From a phage: DNA of 64,000 nucleotides. Location of the stretch: assembly GCA_012225525.1 (NCBI GenBank), contig GCA_012225525.1_3923.1. The stretch is one strand, 5' to 3'. Positions 33,768 through 42,777 of this stretch are shown here, piece after piece (within the stretch, counting starts at the first letter, position 1; each line of letters starts with the position of its first letter). A program made the translations under genes and the position numbers. The notes under the pieces are model-generated. The model was not told where the DNA came from, made no database searches, and worked only from the letters and a program-made list of their open reading frames with translations.

Positions 33768-34009
33768 TGACTTATGTAATTTACTCCAAAACTGGATGCC
33801 CTCAGTGTGAGACTGCAAAGAATTTTGCAAAAGCTCGTGGTATTGACCATGTTGTGAGAATGTTAGGGCAGGACTATGAACTATCAGACCTGATGGATAT
33901 TGCACAGATGCCAGTTCGTCAGATGCCATTCATCATGAAAACTGATGGACAAAACCTAAAACCTGTTGGAACGCTACAGAATTTTATGGCAGAGGTGAAT
34001 AATGCTTAA
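33767..34009 (+). CDS. glutaredoxin-like protein (NrdH/Grx-type)
   Basis: 80 aa with N-terminal CPQC redox motif (YSKTGCPQCETAKNF). Confidence 0.7.
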   Translation: MTYVIYSKTGCPQCETAKNFAKARGIDHVVRMLGQDYELSDLMDIAQMPVRQMPFIMKTDGQNLKPVGTLQNFMAEVNNA

Positions 34010-34208
34010 ACGCCTTTGGGAAGGTCTGGTTGTTGATGCACCAGCCATTGTGATTGGTATGCTTGTTGTTAACCTATTTACTGATTTTGAACAAGGTTCA
34101 TTGTTTGGAGCCATGTTACTATGGGTTATCTTTGAAATATTAGAGATACAGTTAGGCATCACTGAAAAACTGAGAAAACTCGTTTCTAAGTTTTCTAAAA
34201 AGATTTAA
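34002..34208 (+). CDS. small membrane protein
   Basis: 68 aa, hydrophobic. Confidence 0.35.
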   Translation: MLKRLWEGLVVDAPAIVIGMLVVNLFTDFEQGSLFGAMLLWVIFEILEIQLGITEKLRKLVSKFSKKI

Positions 34209-34215
34209 AATGAAA

Positions 34216-34237
34216 GGGTCTCTTCGGAGACCTTTTT
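34216..34237 (+). terminator. intrinsic terminator
   Basis: GGGTCTC-ttcg-GAGACC hairpin followed by TTTTT. Confidence 0.7.
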
Positions 34238-34256
34238 AGCATGTAAAGGGGCAATA

Positions 34257-36401
34257 ATGAACAAAGTGCAGATTATTAAAAAGAATGGCTCACTCGAAGA
34301 ACCTGATATCAAAAAAGTTTTAGCAGCAGTCACAAAGTCAGCTAATAGGGTTGGTTATAAAGAGCTTCCACCAGATGTTACTCAAGCTCTTGAGTCAGCA
34401 TTTATGAGGATTCTGGTAAAGTCCGCTAAGCAGAATAATTTGCTTATCTCGGTAAATGATATTCACAGTATTGTTGAAGGTGCTTTGGCAGAAGTTAATC
34501 ACGAGATTTATGAGTCTTACTCAACATATAGAAATTACCGTAAAGAAGTTGCTCAAAATTGGGATGAACTCTACCAGAAGACCAAAGATACACTCTTCTT
34601 AGGTGACAGAGAGAATGCTAACTTTGACAGCAGTTTAATTTCTACAAAAGGTTCAATTATTCGTGGTTATCTGACTAAAGAAATCTTTAAACAGTACCAT
34701 TTAACACCAGAGGAACTTGAAGCCATTGAAAAAGGGTTTATCTATATCCATGATTTAAGAGACCTAATCTTTGGTGGTATCAACTGTTGCCTGTTTGACA
34801 TTGGTAAAGTCCTGAAAGGTGGCTTTGAAATGTCTGGCATCGAATATTGTGAACCAAAGTCTGTGCTGTCGGCCTTACAGGTTATTGGTGACGTAGTTCT
34901 TTCAGCAACTGCACAGCAATTTGGTGGCTTTACTTTAGCAGAGATTGATAAGGTACTTGTACCGTATGCTAAGAAGTCTCTACGCTATCATGCTGAGAAA
35001 GCAGCATCTTATGGTATTCCTAAAGAACATTACCACAATTATGTCATGGAGCAGCTACAGATTGAACTAACTCAAGGTTTCCAGTCACTTGAAATGAAAC
35101 TAAATACCGTACCTTGTAGCCGTGGGGATTTTGCATTTACAACTTTGACATTCGGGTTACTTGACTCAGATATGTCTAATGAAGATAACCGACTGCAATA
35201 TATGATTGCAAGTACTCTCCTAGATGTTCGTATGAATGGACAAGGTAAGAGCAAGAAACCTGTTGTATTCCCTAAACTGGTTTATATTTATGACCAGAAG
35301 AGACATAATGAGAATATCTGTCAAGGCCACCTGTACAGTAAAGCTATAGAGTGTTGCTCTAAAGCGATGTATCCAGATTTCTTAAGTGTATCTGGTCATG
35401 GTGCTGTAGCAGAAGCTTTTGAGCGTTCTGGCAAGGTAATCTCGCCGATGGGTTGTAGAGCCTTCTTATCTCCATATCTTAACGAGGATGGGGAAGAGTT
35501 CTACGTTGGTCGTGCTAACATTGGTGCTGTATCTTTGAACTTACCAATGATTTACCAGTATTCTAAAGAGAATGGTTTAGATTTCTGGAAAGAGCTTGAT
35601 AAGTACCTAGAGATGATTCGCAGCTTCCACAAGAAACGCTACGAAATGATTGCTAATATGCCAGCAAGTTCTAACCCTCTTGCGTTCACACAAGGTGGTC
35701 TGTACAAAGGAACTAAGAAACCTACTGACAAGGTTGGTTGGGATATTGTGAAGTCCTTCACAGCTTCTTTTGGTGTTACTGCGCTTGATGAGTTGTCTGT
35801 TCTTGCTGAAGGTAAACGACTTCATGAAGTTGGAAGCTATAGTTTTGCATATGATGTTCTGGCATACATTAACATGAAAACCGAAGAGTTTAAAAATGAA
35901 GATGACTTCTTATATGCCGTCTATGGTACTCCAGCAGAATCACTATGTGGGACTCAGCTAAAACAGTTCAGAGATATGTTTGGGGTTATCAAAGGTGTTT
36001 CCGATAAGGAATACTTTACAAATAGTTTCCATATGAATGTTGCAGCAGACATCTCACCATTTGAGAAGCAGGACTTAGAAGAGCCATTCTTCCATATCTG
36101 TAGAGGCGGTAGAATCCAGTATGTAAGAGTAGCTAACCCAGAAAACTTAACAGCACTTAAAAGTTGTATTACAAGAGGTATGTTGAAAGGTTTCTATCAG
36201 GGACTTAACTTTGACTTAGCAATCTGTGAACATTGTGGTAACAGGCCAAAGGCTGATGTTGAAGAATGTGAAGTTTGTCACTCACATGATATCTCTGTGA
36301 TTAACAGGGTGTGTGGGTATCTTGGATGGACTAAGATTAAAGGTGAATCCCGAATGAACGATGCAAAAATCGCTGAGATTCGTGACAGGGTTTCTATGTA
36401 A
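34257..36401 (+). CDS. nrdD: anaerobic ribonucleoside-triphosphate reductase (class III)
   Basis: 714 aa; C-terminal zinc ribbon CEHCGN...CEVCHSHD followed by glycyl-radical motif RVCGYLG. Confidence 0.85.
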   Translation: MNKVQIIKKNGSLEEPDIKKVLAAVTKSANRVGYKELPPDVTQALESAFMRILVKSAKQNNLLISVNDIHSIVEGALAEVNHEIYESYSTYRNYRKEVAQNWDELYQKTKDTLFLGDRENANFDSSLISTKGSIIRGYLTKEIFKQYHLTPEELEAIEKGFIYIHDLRDLIFGGINCCLFDIGKVLKGGFEMSGIEYCEPKSVLSALQVIGDVVLSATAQQFGGFTLAEIDKVLVPYAKKSLRYHAEKAASYGIPKEHYHNYVMEQLQIELTQGFQSLEMKLNTVPCSRGDFAFTTLTFGLLDSDMSNEDNRLQYMIASTLLDVRMNGQGKSKKPVVFPKLVYIYDQKRHNENICQGHLYSKAIECCSKAMYPDFLSVSGHGAVAEAFERSGKVISPMGCRAFLSPYLNEDGEEFYVGRANIGAVSLNLPMIYQYSKENGLDFWKELDKYLEMIRSFHKKRYEMIANMPASSNPLAFTQGGLYKGTKKPTDKVGWDIVKSFTASFGVTALDELSVLAEGKRLHEVGSYSFAYDVLAYINMKTEEFKNEDDFLYAVYGTPAESLCGTQLKQFRDMFGVIKGVSDKEYFTNSFHMNVAADISPFEKQDLEEPFFHICRGGRIQYVRVANPENLTALKSCITRGMLKGFYQGLNFDLAICEHCGNRPKADVEECEVCHSHDISVINRVCGYLGWTKIKGESRMNDAKIAEIRDRVSM

Positions 36402-36555
36402 AACTTGACATGGTGGTGTGAGTCTTGATAGGCTTACATCACCTTTTTTATTGGATGTTAGATATGGCAGAGAGTATTATTAGGTTGTTCATAGGTTCTG
36501 TCTTACTAGGGTTCTTTTTAGGACTCTCTTATTGTGAATTAAGAGGCAAGTTAAA

Positions 36556-36756
36556 ATGTTTAAAATATCAAAAGCGTTGATATACATTCTCCACATTCTA
36601 ATCTTCTTCTTTGGGGTTAGTGTTATGGTATGGGGTTTTTCAGACCCACAATGGAGTTTCGCATATCAGGGTCAGATGGATTTATGGTCATGCTTCAAAC
36701 CATTTTTAGGGTTAGTCATAGCATTCAGTGCATTGCCAACTAAGGTGAAATTATGA
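36556..36756 (+). CDS. small membrane protein
   Basis: 66 aa with two hydrophobic segments. Confidence 0.35.
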   Translation: MFKISKALIYILHILIFFFGVSVMVWGFSDPQWSFAYQGQMDLWSCFKPFLGLVIAFSALPTKVKL

Positions 36757-37148
36757 TTAAGTTGAACAAAAAACAGTTAGAGTGGATTAAAGATTATGCC
36801 TCAGAGTGTGGCTCTTGCGAAAAGAATCACGTAAGATATTCAACATTCCATACAGCCTTTACATTATATCTCAGCGAAAACGTTCTAGCTGATTCTGTAG
36901 AAGATGGTGTGTCATTACCTAATGAGTTACTTGATAAATTAGCTGTAGTTACTGGAACTTGGTCTGAAGAAGATGGTCATGAGTTATCTGATGATGTTGT
37001 CTTCTACAGTCTTGAAAATATTATGAATCCAGAGTATATTGCACTAATGACCTGTGCACAAGACTGTGTAATCTTGCAGGATTTCATCAAGAAACACTGC
37101 GAAGAATTTATTACTAAACAGGTTCCTTGTCAGGTGGTGTTTGAATGA
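36753..37148 (+). CDS. hypothetical protein
   Basis: 131 aa ORF, coupled. Confidence 0.4.
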   Translation: MIKLNKKQLEWIKDYASECGSCEKNHVRYSTFHTAFTLYLSENVLADSVEDGVSLPNELLDKLAVVTGTWSEEDGHELSDDVVFYSLENIMNPEYIALMTCAQDCVILQDFIKKHCEEFITKQVPCQVVFE

Positions 37149-37444
37149 GTAAAACAATTCGAAGAAAAGGTTTAAAGAACGTTCATGGACTCTATGAGTG
37201 GAGAAATGAGGTACGTAACAGAGAAAATGCTTCAGATGTCTACTTCCATTCTGATATGATGTCCAGAAAAGGTGGCTCTTACGACTTCACAAGCCAGCCT
37301 TGTAGAGAGATTAAGAAGGCCACTAAACGTCTTACAAGAACACAAATAAGGCAGCTTTCTAAGACATCCTTCTTAGATGAAGATTTTGATATTGATAGCA
37401 AGTCTCCAAAGAAAGCCGCTAAGAACACTTATATGTATTGGTGA
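37145..37444 (+). CDS. hypothetical basic protein
   Basis: 99 aa ORF. Confidence 0.4.
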   Translation: MSKTIRRKGLKNVHGLYEWRNEVRNRENASDVYFHSDMMSRKGGSYDFTSQPCREIKKATKRLTRTQIRQLSKTSFLDEDFDIDSKSPKKAAKNTYMYW

Positions 37445-37453
37445 GGTAACTAG

Positions 37454-37939
37454 ATGAATTACATGGAGATTCGACCATTTGACACAGCTAATGGTGAAGG
37501 GGTTCGTGTAAGCCTCTTCGTAGCTGGTTGTAAGCATCACTGTGAAGGTTGCTTTAATAAGGAATCTTGGAAGTTTAATGCTGGTAAAGAGTTCACTTAT
37601 GCAAACCTTTATGGCATCATTAAGTTAATGGATGATAATGCCATCAGTGGGCTGTCAATACTTGGTGGAGAACCTCTGGATGATAGAAACATTCAAGAGG
37701 TTACCAACATATGCAAACGTATTAAAACCGTTTACCCAGAAAAATCTATCTGGCTCTGGACAGGTTTTCAGTTACATGAAAAAATTCACCTTGATGTGAT
37801 GAAATATGTTGACGTGGTGATTGATGGTAAGTATGATTCATCTAAACCAACAGTTAAACCGTATCGTGGTTCAGATAACCAAAACCTCTGGAGAAAAGAG
37901 TACGGATGGCAAGGTGATTGTCAGTGGAGAGCAGAGTAA
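37454..37939 (+). CDS. nrdG: anaerobic ribonucleotide reductase activating protein (radical SAM)
   Basis: 161 aa; cysteine cluster FVAGCKHHCEGCFN typical of NrdG-type activases. Confidence 0.8.
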   Translation: MNYMEIRPFDTANGEGVRVSLFVAGCKHHCEGCFNKESWKFNAGKEFTYANLYGIIKLMDDNAISGLSILGGEPLDDRNIQEVTNICKRIKTVYPEKSIWLWTGFQLHEKIHLDVMKYVDVVIDGKYDSSKPTVKPYRGSDNQNLWRKEYGWQGDCQWRAE

Positions 37940-38063
37940 ATCTCGTTATAAAGTAGGTTATCGGTAAAAGCCACTTTACAATGTTCTACAGAACAAACTT
38001 AACCGTTGGTATCACTGAAGAAGAACTTAAAACATTTTGTGAAAAGATTGAGAGAGATATGAA

Positions 38064-38321
38064 ATGGGACTCTGGAATAGTTTTAAATCAAAAGTGAAAG
38101 CAGCACTAGCTTCATTAGGTATGCTCACTGGTGTTGATGTGACTCATCTTATGCAGAACTTCAAGATGGATGAGAAACTGGCTAATGAGATTATGAAAAG
38201 CATCTATGTAGGCCGTGGCAAAGGTGGTAAGAAGCAAGCCCATCGTCCGACTGGTGCAGCAGCAATTAAACGCGCAGCTAAGAAAGCTCGTAACCGTAAA
38301 CGTAATAAGAAGGCTAAATAA
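38064..38321 (+). CDS. small protein with highly basic C-terminal tail
   Basis: 85 aa; C-terminus GRGKGGKKQAHRPTGAAAIKRAAKKARNRKRNKKAK. Confidence 0.4.
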   Translation: MGLWNSFKSKVKAALASLGMLTGVDVTHLMQNFKMDEKLANEIMKSIYVGRGKGGKKQAHRPTGAAAIKRAAKKARNRKRNKKAK

Positions 38322-38323
38322 TC

Positions 38324-38644
38324 ATGAGCAAAGTTTATAACACTCGTAAATTACAGATTTTCTTACTGTGCCAGTTTATGGCTAGAGAACATAACTCCTA
38401 CTATTGTGGTACAGGATTCATTAGTGATAATGATGGCTCATATCTCCCATTCAAAGAGGCTGTAAAACTCTTCAATGAAGAGAAAAGCTCTGAGAAAGAT
38501 ATTGAAAAGGTTAAATTAACCTATAGTAAGAAAGATAAGAAGATTATCTGCCTAGATAACTTTGTGAAAGTTACCAAAGAAACTAAAGAGTTAATGGAAG
38601 AAAGTGAAATTCCATTCACAAGAATCTTGAAAGTAGCTCAGTAA
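38324..38644 (+). CDS. hypothetical protein
   Basis: 106 aa ORF. Confidence 0.4.
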   Translation: MSKVYNTRKLQIFLLCQFMAREHNSYYCGTGFISDNDGSYLPFKEAVKLFNEEKSSEKDIEKVKLTYSKKDKKIICLDNFVKVTKETKELMEESEIPFTRILKVAQ

Positions 38645-38695
38645 ACAGATACTATAAGGGGACTGTAAAGGTTCCCTTTTTATTTTGGAGGTAAA

Positions 38696-39211
38696 ATGTA
38701 TCTGTCAAACCTGAAACGTTCGGTTGCAATGTCAGTTCTAAGACTCAGCTTTGATGAGCGTCAAGAGTTTATAGACTCCCACAAATATGACCCTTCAAAT
38801 TCTAATCACATGGTTCTTTGGAATCGTGGTAACTTACGTGAAAGAGCACTTGTCCGTTATTACCCACACTACACAATAGATAACCTGTATGAATGGTGTG
38901 TTGTGAAGAACACCATTGCAACACTGAACAATCTTTGCAGGTATACGGGTAAGCAAATATTTACATTAGGTCATCACAAACCTGTTACAAAAGGTGGTGA
39001 GCATCACTGTGCAAACTGGTTTATCCAAACTAAAGCTGATAACCAGAAGCAAGGAGATAGCCTCCTAAGTATCCCTAAGATGACCTATGAAGAGCAAGAG
39101 AAATATATCAAAAATAATATGCCAGATGTGCTTGACAACAACTATACAGATTTGGCAATATCTCTCCTGTTGAAGTTCGAGACAGTTTATAGGGCAACTT
39201 ATAATGACTAA
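38696..39211 (+). CDS. putative HNH-family endonuclease
   Basis: LGHHKPVTKGGEHHCANW resembles HNH core (HH..P...GG...N); free-standing between nrdG and the prs-like gene. Confidence 0.4.
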   Translation: MYLSNLKRSVAMSVLRLSFDERQEFIDSHKYDPSNSNHMVLWNRGNLRERALVRYYPHYTIDNLYEWCVVKNTIATLNNLCRYTGKQIFTLGHHKPVTKGGEHHCANWFIQTKADNQKQGDSLLSIPKMTYEEQEKYIKNNMPDVLDNNYTDLAISLLLKFETVYRATYND

Positions 39212-39482
39212 AGAAAAGTGGGAGATTTTACCATTAGTCAGTGAAGGAGGTAATGGTTGTGAAATGTACATGATACGTGGTCATGTTCCAGAGCCAATTG
39301 CACTTGAGATGGTAAACAACTTTACAGATGGTTCTTACAAAGACTTAGGCGAACCAACTGTCAAGCAACAATGGGTTAAACCTGTACCAGACAGCACAGG
39401 TAACTGTAGTGTACTTTATCACGTTGTAGACCCTGCAAAATGCAAATCTGCAATGGCAGTAACAAACGTAACTTTTGATTGA
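39204..39482 (+). CDS. hypothetical protein
   Basis: 92 aa ORF. Confidence 0.35.
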   Translation: MTKEKWEILPLVSEGGNGCEMYMIRGHVPEPIALEMVNNFTDGSYKDLGEPTVKQQWVKPVPDSTGNCSVLYHVVDPAKCKSAMAVTNVTFD

Positions 39483-40375
39483 GAGAGAAAACTATGAAAA
39501 CATCTATCCGTGTTACAGTTCATTCACCAACTAAAGGGACTCATGAAGAAGAGTTTAACATCGTCCAATTCCCTTCTGGTGAGATTGGTGGACACTTTTC
39601 GCCAGAGTTTGTTGATTTTACTGCTTATGCAGCATCATCCATCAACAATGTGATTATGATTGTAAAAGGTTATGACAAGGACACATTGTTTGCTGTGGCA
39701 CTTGCTAAAGAAGCAATTGATGATTTAATTCCTCATGATTATGCTTTAAAGACTGTCATCTTTTACTACTTACCAAATGCACGATATGACCGTCACATGT
39801 TTAAAGGTGACGCAGCAGCTTTAAAGGTTTTTGCTAAACAGATTAATGCAATGGGATTTGGCGCAGTCTGTGCAGTTGACCCTCACAGCTATGTACCAGA
39901 TAACCTGTTTAACTGCTTCCAGAGTATTCCTCAAAAGGAGATTGCAGTCCACTATGCAAATGACCCACTGATTGATTACTTAGTAGCCCCAGATGCAGGT
40001 GCTGCTAAGAAGATTGCAGAGACTGCTAAAGAGGTGGATAAACCATATATCACAATGTCTAAAGTACGCAACCTTAAGACTGGTGAAATTACTGGTATGC
40101 GAATCCTTGATGATGTTGATTTGACAGATAAAACCGTCATGATTCTGGATGATATCTGTGATGGTGGTCGAACCTTCATAGAAGCAGCTAAACATCTTCG
40201 TGAAGCAGGTGCAAAACGTGTGGAACTCTATGTAACACACGGTATCTTCTCTAAAGATGTTGAAAACCTTCTTGACAATGGCATTGACCACATCTACACT
40301 ACAAACTCTTTAGGGGAAGCTAAAGACCGTGGCTTAACACATTATGGTCAAGTTACTGTAGCAAACCTTGATTGA
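39479..40375 (+). CDS. ribose-phosphate pyrophosphokinase (PRPP synthetase)-like protein; candidate ADP-ribose pyrophosphate synthetase
   Basis: 298 aa; Prs-like motifs YLPNARYDR (Prs YARQDR), VDPHS (Prs DLHA) and PRPP-binding loop VMILDDICDGGRTF. Confidence 0.75.
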   Translation: MREKTMKTSIRVTVHSPTKGTHEEEFNIVQFPSGEIGGHFSPEFVDFTAYAASSINNVIMIVKGYDKDTLFAVALAKEAIDDLIPHDYALKTVIFYYLPNARYDRHMFKGDAAALKVFAKQINAMGFGAVCAVDPHSYVPDNLFNCFQSIPQKEIAVHYANDPLIDYLVAPDAGAAKKIAETAKEVDKPYITMSKVRNLKTGEITGMRILDDVDLTDKTVMILDDICDGGRTFIEAAKHLREAGAKRVELYVTHGIFSKDVENLLDNGIDHIYTTNSLGEAKDRGLTHYGQVTVANLD

Positions 40376-40384
40376 AACTTTATA

Positions 40385-40406
40385 GGGGCTTAAAAGCCCC
40401 ATTTTG
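40385..40406 (+). terminator. hairpin, possible weak terminator
   Basis: GGGGCT-taaa-AGCCCC hairpin followed by ATTTTG. Confidence 0.4.
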
Positions 40407-40420
40407 AGAGAGATTAAAAG

Positions 40421-42202
40421 ATGACTAAATCACTTTATGCAGTACCAGCAGGTTTAAACGCAGATGCTTACAAATCTGGTCATGTTTACCAGTACCCTAG
40501 TGCAACAGAGTACTTGATGTTCAACCTGACACCACGTAGTGACAAATGGTTTAACAGCCCCTTAGCAATTGATGGTGTAGTAGCTTTTGGTATTCAACGT
40601 TTCGTTAAAGATTACTTGATAGACCACTGGAACGCCACTTTCTTTGAACGTGATAAAAAAGAAGCCATTGATGAAATCTTAGAAGTCATGAATGGTGTTC
40701 TGGGTAAAGATGCTATCGGTCGAGAGCATTGGGAAGCACTTCACGACTTAGGTTATCTACCAGTTGAAGTATACGCTGTAGAAGAAGGTACAGTTGTTCC
40801 TATGCGTGTACCAATGATTGTCTTCCAGAACACTGTTTCAGGTTTCCATTGGGTAGCGGGGTATCTGGAAGATGCTTTCTCTGCTGAGATTTGGAAGGCT
40901 TGTACCATTGCAACTATTGCATTGCATTATAAACGCATCTGTAAGAAGTGGGCTGACCTTACTTGCGACAATGACTTACATTTGCCTTATCAGTGCCATG
41001 ACTTTGCTATGCGTGGTATGTCCGGCTTTACTGATGACGCATTTAACGCTGTAGGCCACTTAACCAGCTTTAAAGGAACTGATAGCTTCCCTGCTGTGTA
41101 TACGGCTAAACGAATCTATGGACAGTCTTACCCAATCTCTGATATTGGTAGCTCTGTACCAGCCACTGAGCACTCTGTAATGTGTGCAAACATTGCTTGG
41201 GAAGGTGGTAATGATTTGGTTGAAGAAGAAAGACGCTTTAAAGGTGAGTTACAAACCTTCCGTCGTTTCTTAACAGAAACTTACCCAACTGGTATTGCAA
41301 GTGTTGTTTCAGACACTTATAACTTCTGGAGAACTGTGTCAGAAATCTTACCAGCACTTCGTAAAGAAATTATGGAACGTGATGGCAAACTGGTAATTCG
41401 TCCTGACTCTGGAGACCCTGTACATATTGTCACAGGTTATAAAGCAATCCACTTAGAATGTGCTAAGAAGGCTTATTACGAGCACCTAATCAAGCTGGAA
41501 GCCAGTGACACAATGTTGAATGCTGTTCTGAACATGAAGCTTGAAAACATCAACTATGGTATTGCTGGATGGCTACTGTCAGAAGGCTACGAAATGGTTG
41601 TTGACAGAGAAGACTTTGAAGTTGCTGATACAGTGATGTTGAAAAACGCCTATATGGTTGGTTCTGCAAACGTTGTAACACGTCCTGTAGCAGAGATTGA
41701 TGGGGCCATTAAGACCTTGTATAACATCTTTGGAGGAACTATCAACTCTAAAGGGTTTAAGGTACTGGATGAGCACATTGGCCTTATCTATGGTGACTCT
41801 ATCACGTTGGAACGTGCAAACGAAATCCTGAAGCGTTTGTATGAAATGGGTTTTGCAAGCTCTAACGTAGTGTTTGGTGTAGGTTCTTACACTTACCAGT
41901 ACATGACTCGTGACACCTTTGCATTTGCTGTCAAAGCAACTCTTGCAAGCATTGGTGGTAAAGAGATTATGCTTGCAAAAGACCCTAAAACAGATAGCGG
42001 TATTAAGAAGTCTGCTTTTGGTGGTGTAGCCCCTATGTGGGATGGTGAGAATCTGAAAGCTGTAGATGGCTATGGATTCCAGAGTTTTGCAGATGCACTT
42101 GAGCATCCAGCTTGTGCTTTACGTTTAGTCTTTAGCGACTCTGAGCAGTTCGGCTACACAACTCTTGGCGATATTCGAAATAATATTGACAAGCAGCTTT
42201 AA
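40421..42202 (+). CDS. nicotinamide phosphoribosyltransferase (NAMPT/NadV)-like protein; candidate nicotinamide ADP-ribose transferase
   Basis: 593 aa ORF immediately after the Prs-like gene; assignment from overall family resemblance and the conserved gene pairing, not a specific motif I can verify by eye. Confidence 0.6.
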   Translation: MTKSLYAVPAGLNADAYKSGHVYQYPSATEYLMFNLTPRSDKWFNSPLAIDGVVAFGIQRFVKDYLIDHWNATFFERDKKEAIDEILEVMNGVLGKDAIGREHWEALHDLGYLPVEVYAVEEGTVVPMRVPMIVFQNTVSGFHWVAGYLEDAFSAEIWKACTIATIALHYKRICKKWADLTCDNDLHLPYQCHDFAMRGMSGFTDDAFNAVGHLTSFKGTDSFPAVYTAKRIYGQSYPISDIGSSVPATEHSVMCANIAWEGGNDLVEEERRFKGELQTFRRFLTETYPTGIASVVSDTYNFWRTVSEILPALRKEIMERDGKLVIRPDSGDPVHIVTGYKAIHLECAKKAYYEHLIKLEASDTMLNAVLNMKLENINYGIAGWLLSEGYEMVVDREDFEVADTVMLKNAYMVGSANVVTRPVAEIDGAIKTLYNIFGGTINSKGFKVLDEHIGLIYGDSITLERANEILKRLYEMGFASSNVVFGVGSYTYQYMTRDTFAFAVKATLASIGGKEIMLAKDPKTDSGIKKSAFGGVAPMWDGENLKAVDGYGFQSFADALEHPACALRLVFSDSEQFGYTTLGDIRNNIDKQL

Positions 42203-42217
42203 AAGTATATGATAATA

Positions 42218-42238
42218 GGCTCCTACGGGAGCCTTTTT
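42218..42238 (+). terminator. intrinsic terminator
   Basis: GGCTCC-tacg-GGAGCC hairpin followed by TTTTT. Confidence 0.7.
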
Positions 42239-42255
42239 AATTTCTGGAGAAAATT

Positions 42256-42591
42256 ATGAAAATCAAAGAGATGAACATCAACATTGTCTTAGAAGAGCGT
42301 TGGGAGAACATCAAGAAGCCTGAAAATGGTCATAAGTTCCTCAACAAAATCTTAGTAGCAGCTAAAGAAGAACTGACTGGGAAGATTGCAGCAGCAATCA
42401 CAATAAAGGTGTGTGTAAAAGGTCTTCCAGACAATCACCAATTTGCACTTGACGAGTTTAAAGAAAGCTTCTACAATCCAAACAAACAGATGCTTGAAAG
42501 TAACTTTGCAGTATCTACAAGTATCGTCCATGACAGAAGCTTTATCCTTTACAAAAACATGAGAGGTGAGTCATGCAAGCATATTGGGTAG
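42256..42591 (+). CDS. hypothetical protein
   Basis: 111 aa ORF. Confidence 0.4.
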   Translation: MKIKEMNINIVLEERWENIKKPENGHKFLNKILVAAKEELTGKIAAAITIKVCVKGLPDNHQFALDEFKESFYNPNKQMLESNFAVSTSIVHDRSFILYKNMRGESCKHIG

Positions 42592-42749
42592 AAATTTTAC
42601 TGTCACTTGGTAGTGTAGCAGTCCTTGTTTACCTTCTTTGTAAGTACTTTGCAGAACACAAGAAGTGTGACTACTGTAATGGAGAAGGGTATACAAGAGC
42701 AGGTTGTTGCCCTATGTGTGGTGGTTCTGGTAAAATGTTTAATAAGTAA
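42573..42749 (+). CDS. small membrane-anchored zinc-ribbon protein (below the 60-aa ORF-track cutoff)
   Basis: 58-codon ORF MQAYWVEILLSLGSVAVLVYLLCKYFAEHKKCDYCNGEGYTRAGCCPMCGGSGKMFNK; GAGGTG RBS upstream; hydrophobic N-terminus plus CxxC...CCPMCGG. Confidence 0.5.
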   Translation: MQAYWVEILLSLGSVAVLVYLLCKYFAEHKKCDYCNGEGYTRAGCCPMCGGSGKMFNK

Positions 42750-42777
42750 TTTAACAGTAAACTAAGAGGAAAGTATT

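Noticed and set aside
23563-36401. Inteins or additional introns in primase-helicase, nrdA, nrdB or nrdD
   Set aside because: Each reading frame is continuous with a length normal for its family and catalytic motifs in expected order; no internal HNH or LAGLIDADG-like insertion was seen.
40421-42202. The 593-aa NAMPT-like ORF as a fusion with an NMN adenylyltransferase or Nudix domain
   Set aside because: I see no (H/T)xGH nucleotidyltransferase motif or Nudix box (GX5EX7REUXEEXGU) in the translation; the extra length over typical NAMPT more likely reflects insertions, which cannot be resolved without alignment.
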